A DNA stretch of 64,000 bases from a virus (taxonomy: Duplodnaviria > Caudoviricetes), in IMG/VR virus record IMGVR_UViG_3300044961_000667. One strand, 5' to 3'. The notes beneath the pieces are model-generated. The model did no database searches, was not told where the DNA came from, and saw nothing but the letters and a program-made list of their open reading frames with translations. Positions 9,164 through 17,812 of the stretch are shown here, piece after piece (within the stretch, counting starts at the first letter, position 1; every line of letters starts with the position of its first letter). The translations under genes and the position numbers were made by a program.

Positions 9164-10027
9164 TCAAGAGGAAGGCGGCTCCGGCGGCTTGTAGTTCAGC
9201 ACCACGATCTCCTCGACATCTCCGCGCTTCTCGTAGTGCGTGTTGATCGACCGCGGCGCCGTCACCGTCCGCACCTCGAACTTCGAGTACAGCGCCTTCA
9301 CCTTCGGGTGACTGCTGTTCGACAGCATCACCTTGACGCCGCGGTCCGTCAGGCGGGAGTACGTCTCCGCCAGCTTCTTGTGGTCGAGCAGCGAGAACTC
9401 ACCCGCGGTGTACGCCGTGAAGCTCGACGTCTTCGACACCGGAAGGTACGGCGGGTCCATGTAGACGAAGTCGCCTTCCTCCGCGTGCGTCAGCACCGCC
9501 TGGTAGGTCACCACGTCCAGCATCGTCCCCCGCAGAGCCTCGGAGCACGCCCGCAGGTTGTCGCGATCGCACACGGTCGGACGGTTCTTGAACTTGCCAG
9601 GCGGGACGTTGAAGCGGCCCTTGTCGTTGACCCGGTACAGGCCGTTGTAGCCCGTCTTGTTCAGGAAGATCATCCGCGCCGCACGCTGCTCTTCGGTCAA
9701 CGACCGCGGCATCTGCTCGCGCACCGAGTAGTAGTACTCGTCCCCGCCGGCAGTCCACGCCTGGTCGTGCTCGTCGAGCCGCTTCACCACGTCCTCGACC
9801 CGGTCTCGCACCATCTTGTACGACCAGATCAGCTCCTCGTTGACGTCGGAGAGCACCACCCGCTTGGCCGCCTTGAGCTTCCCGGCCGCAGCCAGCGAGT
9901 AGAACATCGCCCCTCCGCCGAGGAACGGCTCCATGTACGTGCCGAACTCGGCAGGTAGCATCCCGGCCAGGGTCTCCAACAACGCACCCTTGCCACCAAC
10001 CCACTTCAGAAACGGTCTCGCGCTCAA
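9164..10027 (-). CDS. dam: DNA adenine methyltransferase (Dam/D12 family)
   Basis: PFLKWVGGK, EPFLGGGA, DVNEELI, FLNKTGYNGLYRVN, YMDPPY. Confidence 0.92.
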   Translation of the reverse strand: MSARPFLKWVGGKGALLETLAGMLPAEFGTYMEPFLGGGAMFYSLAAAGKLKAAKRVVLSDVNEELIWSYKMVRDRVEDVVKRLDEHDQAWTAGGDEYYYSVREQMPRSLTEEQRAARMIFLNKTGYNGLYRVNDKGRFNVPPGKFKNRPTVCDRDNLRACSEALRGTMLDVVTYQAVLTHAEEGDFVYMDPPYLPVSKTSSFTAYTAGEFSLLDHKKLAETYSRLTDRGVKVMLSNSSHPKVKALYSKFEVRTVTAPRSINTHYEKRGDVEEIVVLNYKPPEPPSS

Positions 10028-10566
10028 GCTGGAATTCCTCCTTCGGCAGCTCTGTACCCCTCTCGCACCTTCGTCAAGATGTCAGGCTCCAATCGCCACA
10101 ACTTTTGGTAGCCGCGACACTTCACCGGCTCGATGGGACGCAGATCGGTCAACAGCCACCCGAACGGACCCACGAACCACTCCAGATCCATCTCCGTCGG
10201 CTTGAAGCCCTCCAGCAGCTTCACCTCCATGACGGTCTCGTCCTCGCTGACCCAGCGCTTCGTGTTGTCCAGCATGTCGGGCGAGTCCACCTCCGTCACG
10301 CAGCCCACGAGACGGCCAACGCCGATGATCGCCGAGTCGACGTGCGTCGCGTCCCTCCGCAGGATGTCTCGATGGGGCCCATTCGCGACAAACTGCTCCG
10401 CGTCAGGGTCCCACGCCTTCCCCGCGTGAATCGCGATGTGCTTCCCGTACATCCAGGATGGCGGCGTCCACGGCCTGTTCTCGATGCGCTTGAAACCCTG
10501 GGCCACCCAATGCGCCCAGGGCCGCCACAGCGTGAGGCCCATGATCGACGGATACAGAACGCTCAT
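10024..10566 (-). CDS. ASCH domain protein
   Basis: LTLWRPWA...GFKRIENRPW...IAIHAG and C-terminal PVKCRGYQKLW. Confidence 0.85.
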   Translation of the reverse strand: MSVLYPSIMGLTLWRPWAHWVAQGFKRIENRPWTPPSWMYGKHIAIHAGKAWDPDAEQFVANGPHRDILRRDATHVDSAIIGVGRLVGCVTEVDSPDMLDNTKRWVSEDETVMEVKLLEGFKPTEMDLEWFVGPFGWLLTDLRPIEPVKCRGYQKLWRLEPDILTKVREGYRAAEGGIPA

Positions 10567-11600
10567 CGCGGGAACTCCTGGATCTGAAGCTCGGCCGGCC
10601 ACTCAGCCGGAACGGCACCGTGGTGCTCCTTGAAGAGCACCGAGAAGTACGTCGGCTGGTCCTTCAACGCCTTGCCGTGCATCGGGCCCATGCGCCCGCA
10701 CAGATCGGAGTCGACGTTGCTGATCGGGTTGTCGCCCATCTGCTTCACGAAGGGCGTCACCTTCGCGGCCCTGCACTGCTCGACGATGGAGCGCGCCCAC
10801 GAGAGATCGAACGCTCTCGCCTTCGAGCCGCTCTCGCCACCGACGATGACCCAGTGCAGGCCCTGGCCCATCTTCACGTTCGGCACGAACTGGGCGGTCT
10901 TGTCCGCGCACGACGCGCAGAAGCTCTCGCTCTGCTTCGCCGTGGTGTTCGCCGCCTTCCAGTCGTACGCGCACTTCGAGCACTTCCACAGCTGCCCGAG
11001 CCACTTCGACAGGTCCAGCGGTCCCAGCAAGGGCTCGCACGACAGGAACCGCACCGCCGCGGGGACCGACAGCAGCAGCGGGATCCGGACGTCGGCAGCC
11101 TCCTGGTTCTCCACCGTCGTCCCGAGCCACACGTTGGGCGGCGGCGTTCCATCGACCCACGCCTGCAGCCAGTCGACGGTCTCCATCGGCACATCAGGAG
11201 TCCTGACGAACGCGTCGATCGCAGCCGACAGGTGGCGCTTGATGTTCTGCGGCCTCTTCGTCAACAAGAGCCAGTCCAGGTTGGGCGTGCTCCTGATCAG
11301 GTGGAACAGCTCCAGCCTCCACACGTCGGAGACTTCCTCGTCGAACACGTCGGAGAGGGACGAGCAGAAGACCCTGGGCCTCGTGCCGGCGAGCTTCGCC
11401 TTGCGATCCCACGACAACGGCTTCCGCCAGTTCGACGCGACCGTCCTTCTCCGCGGCGCTCCCTTGCCCCAGTTGCCGCCGTCGAACCGCTTGTTCCGCG
11501 TCTCGGCGTAGCAGTTCGTGCACCCGGCCGAGACCTTCGTGCACCCCTCCCATCCGTTGAACGTGGCATCGCACCAACTGATCGCAGTCGTGTCACCCAT
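10563..11600 (-). CDS. DUF5131 / phage Gp37Gp68 family (radical-SAM-like) protein
   Basis: TAISWCDATFNGWEGCTKVSAGCTNCYAE, VFCSSLSDVF, LLLTKRP, RFLSCEPLLG, WVIVGGESG, FVKQMG. Confidence 0.9.
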   Translation of the reverse strand: MGDTTAISWCDATFNGWEGCTKVSAGCTNCYAETRNKRFDGGNWGKGAPRRRTVASNWRKPLSWDRKAKLAGTRPRVFCSSLSDVFDEEVSDVWRLELFHLIRSTPNLDWLLLTKRPQNIKRHLSAAIDAFVRTPDVPMETVDWLQAWVDGTPPPNVWLGTTVENQEAADVRIPLLLSVPAAVRFLSCEPLLGPLDLSKWLGQLWKCSKCAYDWKAANTTAKQSESFCASCADKTAQFVPNVKMGQGLHWVIVGGESGSKARAFDLSWARSIVEQCRAAKVTPFVKQMGDNPISNVDSDLCGRMGPMHGKALKDQPTYFSVLFKEHHGAVPAEWPAELQIQEFPR

Positions 11601-12984
11601 GCAGTTTCTCCATCCTGGTTTTCAAGTCCTCGTACCGCGCCATCCATCGGGCTCGCGTTTGCCGCCAGTCGGGCCACTCCGAGACATCCAGGCCGGGCAC
11701 CTGCTGACCGGTGCCCTGCCACTTCTCGGGACGCTCCTCGATCGGGAACATCACCGTCGCCTCGGTGCCGAACACGTCCATGTCGGCCGTCTTCACGACG
11801 CCATTCATCGGCCATCGGAAGCGGAACTGCTGCGCCAGCGCGTTCATCAGCTTGTCTTCGAGCGGCGCGTACAGCGGCTTGAGCAACATCTTCACCGGAC
11901 TCGGGATGTCCTTCAGCCCGAGCCCCTCGGAGGCGTCGTGGAAGAGGCCGTCCCACGCGCACAGAAGACGCTCCACCTCATCCTTGCCGGCGAGCTGCTC
12001 CGCCCACAGGCTGACGTTGATCGAATGCTGCGCCACTGAGTTGTGGGCCCCGAACCCATCGGCGAAATACGTCCTCGTTGACGTCTCCATTGCGACTACC
12101 GGACCTGGCGAAAGCTCCTCCGCCGCCACAACCTCTAACGTCTCGATGCTCGGAAACTCAAAGGGCGCCGACCCGGCCTTCAGCGCCGTCTGCAACTTCT
12201 GCATGAGACGCACCGGCTTGATGGTCCCAAACAGCCGAAAGACCTCACGCCACCCGCCAAGGACTCGCAGATTCATCACACCAGTCTTCTTGGACTTCGG
12301 GTCGATGCGACAAGCAAATCCGGCCTGTCGAAGAAGACCGCTGGCCGCGTCGAGAACAACACCCGGCTTCTGAGCAAATCCAGTTGTCGTGCCACGCGAC
12401 CTGGACCCGGTCGTAACATGACCCTCCCCGTCAAAGATTCCAGCAAGGTATCCGGTCTCGTAGGTACGAACCGTCTTCCATGGAGTAGCAAATCTCAGCA
12501 TGTGAACCCGAAGCCCACCAAGCACAGCGTCGGCTATCTGCCTGGCCGTTCTCCACCTTTGGTTTCTCGACTGCCGCATGGCGATAAGCCATGGGTGCTC
12601 CACCGACGTCGTAAGACTCGCTCCATCAGACAGCCACAGCCTCACCCTCGGTCGGATGATGATCTCGTGACGGAGAACGTTCGCCAAACGAAGACGACGA
12701 CGCGGCTTTGGTCCTCTTCGTTTCGTCGGGAACTCATCGAAAGCAATCAGCCCAGCCCCTGTAGACAGGTCTCCAGCTGGAACCCACCCGAAATCAGAAG
12801 TCAGAACCAACGACTCCGGAGACACACAGTACGGGTACGGCGCCTGCCCTCCGTACCGGGGCTCGATCGACAACCCGTGAGCGATCTGCTCCGCAGTGAA
12901 CTCCCCCGGCCTCGGGTCCGCGGGGAAGAACATCCCCGAGTTGAGCAACTGGCACCACGGACCTCTCGAACCCTGAAGCGGCAT
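11593..12984 (-). CDS. HD-domain 5'-deoxynucleotidase (YfbR-like) containing an intein
   Basis: IAHGLSIEPRYGGQ...Y/SVAQHS...GLFHDASEG...DIPSPVK...KTADM. Confidence 0.85.
   Translation of the reverse strand: MPLQGSRGPWCQLLNSGMFFPADPRPGEFTAEQIAHGLSIEPRYGGQAPYPYCVSPESLVLTSDFGWVPAGDLSTGAGLIAFDEFPTKRRGPKPRRRLRLANVLRHEIIIRPRVRLWLSDGASLTTSVEHPWLIAMRQSRNQRWRTARQIADAVLGGLRVHMLRFATPWKTVRTYETGYLAGIFDGEGHVTTGSRSRGTTTGFAQKPGVVLDAASGLLRQAGFACRIDPKSKKTGVMNLRVLGGWREVFRLFGTIKPVRLMQKLQTALKAGSAPFEFPSIETLEVVAAEELSPGPVVAMETSTRTYFADGFGAHNSVAQHSINVSLWAEQLAGKDEVERLLCAWDGLFHDASEGLGLKDIPSPVKMLLKPLYAPLEDKLMNALAQQFRFRWPMNGVVKTADMDVFGTEATVMFPIEERPEKWQGTGQQVPGLDVSEWPDWRQTRARWMARYEDLKTRMEKLHG
12040..12828 (-). mobile_element. 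intein (263 aa) with LAGLIDADG endonuclease
   Basis: Starts CVSPESLVLT, contains YLAGIFDGEG, ends VVAMETSTRTYFADGFGAHN, followed by Ser. Confidence 0.9.
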
Positions 12985-13013
12985 CAGATCTCCCTCTCAG
13001 CTATGGTCGACCC

Positions 13014-13571
13014 ATGCGAGTCGCCGTCTACGACAAGAACCCCGGTGCAGGCTTCTCTCAGCGCTTCCTGGCCTTCACCTGGCTGGTTGGCTGCTTCCTT
13101 CACAAGCTGTTCGGCAAGCTCGACGACTACAAAGCCTGCTCGTCCTGGGACGAGGCCATCGGCTGGCTGCTCTCCCGCGAGGGAACCCTCACCTCGATCC
13201 AGTTCTGGGGGCACGGAAGCCCCGGCGCCCTCTGGAACAACGGCAAGGCCGCCTACGAGAGCACCTTCCTCAAGCTGAAGCCCAAGGTCACCCGTGAGTC
13301 GATCATCTGGTTCCGCGCCTGCAGCGTCTTCCAGGGCCAACGAGGCTGGGACTTCTCGCGTACTCTGGCCAACGGCCTCGGCTGCACCGTCGCCGGGCAC
13401 ACCCGCATCATCGGCCTTCTCCAAGGCGGGCTTCACACCCGCCAGCCCAACCAGTCTCCGATCTGGCCCATCACCGAGGGCGAGCTGTCGGGTCCGCTCG
13501 CCAAGAGCGGCATGGCGTTCGGCAACAAGACGATCTTCTGCCTCCGCGCCACCGTGCCTCCCGGCTGGTAA
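13014..13571 (+). CDS. hypothetical protein with His/Cys pair (DUF4347/clan CD peptidase-like)
   Basis: Counter-oriented ORF with good codon bias; IQFWGHGSPG and WFRACSVF; TATGGT 6 nt before ATG with no SD. Confidence 0.6.
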   Translation: MRVAVYDKNPGAGFSQRFLAFTWLVGCFLHKLFGKLDDYKACSSWDEAIGWLLSREGTLTSIQFWGHGSPGALWNNGKAAYESTFLKLKPKVTRESIIWFRACSVFQGQRGWDFSRTLANGLGCTVAGHTRIIGLLQGGLHTRQPNQSPIWPITEGELSGPLAKSGMAFGNKTIFCLRATVPPGW

Positions 13572-13579
13572 CTGCCTCG

Positions 13580-15374
13580 TCAGGCCCTACGCCCTTCTCC
13601 TGGGAACAGGATGTCGCTGGCCCTCATGGTGGCGTGGTGCTCTTCATCGATGAGGCCAGCGCGGCGGAGTGACGACAGGTAGTCGGCGAACGTTCCACCC
13701 GACACCTCCATCTCAACCATCTCGGCGAGTTCCTCTCGCGTCATCCAGCTCGGGTACGACGCGACCAGCACGTTCAGCATCTTCCTCGCGCCAGCCTTCA
13801 GGTTCCGGCTCCACATGCTCACCAGCTCGTGAGTCGAGGCCGGCGCCGATCGGGCCGCGGGTCCCAGGAACTGCATCCCGGACGCGGAGATCTTCAGCGA
13901 CTGAGCGTTCTCCTCCACCAACCCAGCCCGACGGAGCGCCGAGAGGTAGTCGGCGAACGTCCCGCCCGACACCGCCATGCCAACCAGGGTGGCCAGCTGC
14001 GGCCTGGTGGTCCACGCGCCCGGTCGCGCCGAGAGAGCGATCAACATCTCCTTCGCCCCCTTCTTGATCGTCACGTCGCCGATCGCCTGCGGTCCCGGCC
14101 GCGCGTACTGCGCGAGAGCCTTCTTCACCGACTCCGGCAATAGACGAGGCTCCGGTGCGCGGGGGCATCGGGTTGTGCGGCGGGTAGAGCCCCGGTCCGA
14201 TCACCTCATGGGGGTTGAAGGCCGGCATCGCCGGTTCGACGTGAGGGCGACCGATTGAACGTGCAATCGATTGCGCAGCATCCTTCGTGTCGGCAGCCGC
14301 ACCGGCCAGCTTCTCCGCCGCCTTCTCCAGACGCTTCAGCTGCTTTTCGGTCAACACCGGAACCTCCTTCACGACTTCCTTGATCTGCACCTTCGTTTCG
14401 GTCGGCCGACTCTTCAGCTCGCCTTCCAGCTGAAGAATGCGACGCTTCAGGAAGTCGGGGTCTGCCTTCTCGGCGTCCTCCACCATCGACTTCAACGACT
14501 CACGCAGCTTGGCGACGTCCACCGCGGCCAGCCTCTTCGGCTCGACGAACTCCTCGCCGAACTCCGGCGTGGCCGACGAGTCGAACGTCAGCTTCCGGTT
14601 CACCTTCACCGTCCGCGACACCTTCAGAAACGACGGGCTCCACAGGTGCGCCATCCCCGTGTCGAGCCCTGGCAGGGTGTCAACCAGACTCAGTTCTTCC
14701 GCCTTCGTCACCTTGTCGCTGACCCACGCGATGATCGCCTTCTTCTCGTGGCTGCCGATCGTGCGGTGAGCGAGCACTGTCCCTGCCTGGTTCAACACCC
14801 GCTTGTGCACCGCCTGCGGCTGCTGAGTGATCAAGGACCAGCCGACGCCGTAGTTGCGCCCGAGCTTCAACAGCCGCTCAACTCGGTTGAGCATGACGCC
14901 TTCGTCCTTCTCGGGCGTCTGAGGGGCGAACGTCTGCGCTTCCTCCCAGAAGACGTGCACCGGCGACTTCGACTTCTTCTTGGCCTGGAAGAACGCCTCG
15001 GCGAAGTCTCGAACGAACCGCTTCGTCTCCGCCGTGGTGAACTCCGACACGTCGAGCACCGCGGAGATCTGCTTCTCCACGAGCACGCTGGCCATCAGCC
15101 CGCCCTACTCTGGCGTGAGCGGCAGATCGCCATGCTCCCCGCCAAAGACTGTGATCGCGAACCCATCCTTCTTGCCGTCCGCAGAGCTTCGCAGCCCCCA
15201 CCAGACGCCCACGGGATCAAGAGCGCCAACCTGCGCCCCGACCTCCAGCATCAGCTCGGCCAACTTGGTCGCGGAGTACGTCTTGCCGCCGCCGCTTTGC
15301 CCCAGGAAGGCGAACTTCTGCGTCACAGCTGCCAGCGGCAGCCCCAACCCATCTGCAAACGCGAGCGTCTTCAT
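13580..15374 (-). pseudogene. HerA/DUF87-like ATPase with C-terminal winged-helix repeats, broken by an in-frame TAG and a frameshift
   Basis: GQSGGGKTY, LDPVGVWWGL, VFWEEAQTFAP, GRNYGVG, ITQQPQ; TAG at 15105-15107; frame change near the G5 run at 14161-14165; two SGGTFADYLS.LRRAGL repeats. Confidence 0.75.
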
Positions 15375-15380
15375 CGAACC

Positions 15381-15584
15381 TCAGGTGGCGCCGTTCTCGT
15401 AGTAGCAGCCTTGGCCCTTCGACCACGTCCTGTTGAGCCCGGCCTCGGCGAGGATCCTCTTGACACAACTCGGCGAGAGACGGAATCGCTCAGCGAGCCT
15501 CGACACTGACAGCTCCTCGTCCTTGCTTGCGACCATGACGATCCTGTCGACCAAAAGCTCCCTCTCTGCCTTGCGAAGACCCAT
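15381..15584 (-). CDS. small HTH DNA-binding protein
   Basis: LSVSRLAERFRLSPSCVKRIL; first gene after a promoter. Confidence 0.6.
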   Translation of the reverse strand: MGLRKAERELLVDRIVMVASKDEELSVSRLAERFRLSPSCVKRILAEAGLNRTWSKGQGCYYENGAT

Positions 15585-15681
15585 GCGTTGAACCCTCCGT
15601 GCGCGGCGCGCGTCACGGAGAGGACAACGGAACTAACTACTTTGTCAAGAGGAGCACACACAGTCTCCTGACAAAACAGCC

Positions 15682-17043
15682 TCAGTTGAGGATGTCGGAG
15701 AGCCGGGCGGCGGGCGGCGTGGTGCCGCGCTCCACCAGCGACATCACGATCGTCGACCACATCTCCTCGATCACCTTCTGGTGCTCGATCGTGGCGTCGC
15801 CAGACTTGCTGCGCTCGTGAGCCATCTCGTGAACGAGCGTCTCCAGCGTGTCCTTCACGGTCTTCAGCATCTGACGACCGACCAGGATGTGCTCGTTCTC
15901 GCGCAGCCCGTGCAGCGACGGGTCCTTGAACTCCGCGATGCGGAACCGGCTGAGCGGCACGTCCGGCGCCCCGAGCGAGGCGAGAGCGAACGCCTTGAGG
16001 AACACATCGCTTTCCTCGGTCGTCAGGTCGCTGACGCCGAAGGTCGCCGAGATCAGGTTCTTCGAGTCCGACTTCACCGTGTTGATGGTGCCGGTCTCCT
16101 CCTTGAGCACCTCCAACATGGCCTCAGGGACGACGATGCCGCGCTTCCCGTAGAATGCAGCCTCCTCCATCTCCTGCGGCTGACGGACCGGGATCGCGTT
16201 CTCACCGAACGTCTCCCGGAAGCGGGCGGCCATCTTCTCGCGGAGCTTGTTGCCGGTGTTCCACGTGTACCGGAGGTGCTCGACGTCGGGCTTGTTCTCG
16301 CGCATCAGGCGGTCGACCATCTCGATCAGATCCGGCCGCAAATCGACGGCCTCGTTCCAGATGGTCGCGGTCACGTTCGAGAGATCCCAGCCGTCGATGA
16401 GCCGGCGGTCGCGGTCGATCTTCGCCACGTTGGGCGGCAGGTCGTAGCCGCAGACGTAGTTGCCCACCTGCTGGACGAAGATGCCGCCCACGTAGATGTG
16501 CCCACGCTTCGACTCGTCGAAGATCACCGCGCCCTTGCTCGTGGCCACCGTGTCAGTCGCCGCCAGCAGGAACAGCAGCTTCCGCTGCAGCGACTCCCAG
16601 TCGGCCGGCTCGACGTCAGCCACCTCGATCTCGATGGCGTTGCGCTCCTTCACGACGCCCTTCTGCACGTCGATGACGAGCACCATCTCGCCGCCGAACT
16701 TCTCCGAAGGGGCGACCTCGGGCACCCACTTGTCGGCGCCAGTGCGGATCACCGTGCGATGCCCACTGTTCACCAGCGCCAGCAACGCCAGCTTGTAGCC
16801 CTCGCCGAAGCGGCCGAGCTGGTCGGTGCGACCCCGCTTGGACGTGTACCCGACGAGCAACGTCCGCGGCTCCAGCGTGGCCCCCTTGGTCACCAAGCGG
16901 ACCATCTTGTCCTTCTCGACGTAGGTGACGGAGAACTCGTGCCCGTCCTTCTTGGCATCGAGGCCGTTCTGCATCAGCTCGCGGATCGCCTCCCAAAGGG
17001 ACCAATCAACGTAGTTCTTGCCAATGGTCATTTCGATTTTCAT
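15682..17043 (-). CDS. GHKL-type ATPase (MPN635-like) with C-terminal HEXXH
   Basis: EAIRELMQNGLD, GYTSKR, GRFGEGYKLA, TLVHEMAHE; true start 17043 in an ATGA overlap. Confidence 0.75.
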   Translation of the reverse strand: MKIEMTIGKNYVDWSLWEAIRELMQNGLDAKKDGHEFSVTYVEKDKMVRLVTKGATLEPRTLLVGYTSKRGRTDQLGRFGEGYKLALLALVNSGHRTVIRTGADKWVPEVAPSEKFGGEMVLVIDVQKGVVKERNAIEIEVADVEPADWESLQRKLLFLLAATDTVATSKGAVIFDESKRGHIYVGGIFVQQVGNYVCGYDLPPNVAKIDRDRRLIDGWDLSNVTATIWNEAVDLRPDLIEMVDRLMRENKPDVEHLRYTWNTGNKLREKMAARFRETFGENAIPVRQPQEMEEAAFYGKRGIVVPEAMLEVLKEETGTINTVKSDSKNLISATFGVSDLTTEESDVFLKAFALASLGAPDVPLSRFRIAEFKDPSLHGLRENEHILVGRQMLKTVKDTLETLVHEMAHERSKSGDATIEHQKVIEEMWSTIVMSLVERGTTPPAARLSDILN

Positions 17044-17651
17044 CTTCGTCCTCTCTTGTTCAGCCCGCGCACGCGAGCCATCAGGTCCTTCACTTGAAGC
17101 CGCAACAACGGAACACCATCTTCGAGACGAGTCCGACAGAACCCAAGAACGATGCTGGCAACATCTCGCTTCACCACCAACAGATTGCCTACCGCCGACA
17201 AGAATCCACCAACCTCCTGCGCCGTGTGGAGCTGCCAAACGAAGCAGTCTCGTTGCTTCTTCTTCTTGTTGGGCCTGAACCCGATCGTCCCGACACCCAC
17301 AAGGGCGACTAGCTCCTCCTGCATACATCTTGTGGCGCTCGCCACGCTGACCCTCGGATTGACCCAGCGCTCGCCGTGCTTACCCAGTCCGACGTATCCC
17401 TCCCCGTCCACGATTCCGGCCACCCACCCGAGCTTCTCTTTCGGAAGCCCACGCAAGCGACTTTCAAGTTCGGCCCAAGCGCGCTGTCGAACTCCGTTCC
17501 GAAGTCCTCTGACGATGAGCCAGAAAGCGCTCTCGCTGCACTTGAACCGTGAAACGATCTCGCCGTGATGGACGCCAGACTCGTAGAGCCGTCGGATTTC
17601 TGACTTCTGCTCCTCCGTCAGCCTGGTCTGGAAACCTTTGCTGTTTCCCAT
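17040..17651 (-). mobile_element. free-standing LAGLIDADG homing endonuclease with N-terminal HTH
   Basis: WVAGIVDGEGYV; HTH-like LTEEQKSEIRRLYESG; AT-richer codons; TTGAC upstream. Confidence 0.85.
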
Positions 17652-17680
17652 GTCTCAGACTAGCACAAAAGTCAACAGAT

Positions 17681-17752
17681 TCAATTGCTTGCGCCCTCCC
17701 ACAGGCCCCAGTCCACGTAGTTCTTCGCCACCGACAACTCGATCTTCGCCAT
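17681..17752 (-). pseudogene. orphaned original 5' end of the GHKL ATPase gene
   Basis: RBS + MAKIELSVAKNYVDWGLWEGASN*, versus MKIEMTIGKNYVDWSLWEA at 17043. Confidence 0.85.
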
Positions 17753-17812
17753 CTTCGTCTCCTCCTCACATCGCGTTTCAATCGTTCACCGGCGGGAACC
17801 GCCAGCGGTACT

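Noticed and set aside
13630-13970. Duplicated AGGTAGTCGGCGAACGT segments as a mobile or regulatory repeat
   Set aside because: They encode the two SGGTFADYL winged-helix repeats of one protein
15105-15107. TAG reassignment (alternative genetic code)
   Set aside because: Only one internal TAG was found; TAG ends normal genes at 38729, 57905 and 62824 with the next RBS or start right after
16257-16272. Second parS-like site TGTTCCACGTGTACCG
   Set aside because: Three mismatches in the right arm and inside a coding region; probably chance
17040-17700. Group I intron or intein explanation for the LAGLIDADG insertion
   Set aside because: Only about 30 nt of non-coding sequence, no ribozyme core, an in-frame stop after the 5' segment and no HN/Cys splice motifs; the duplicated N-terminus explains it better
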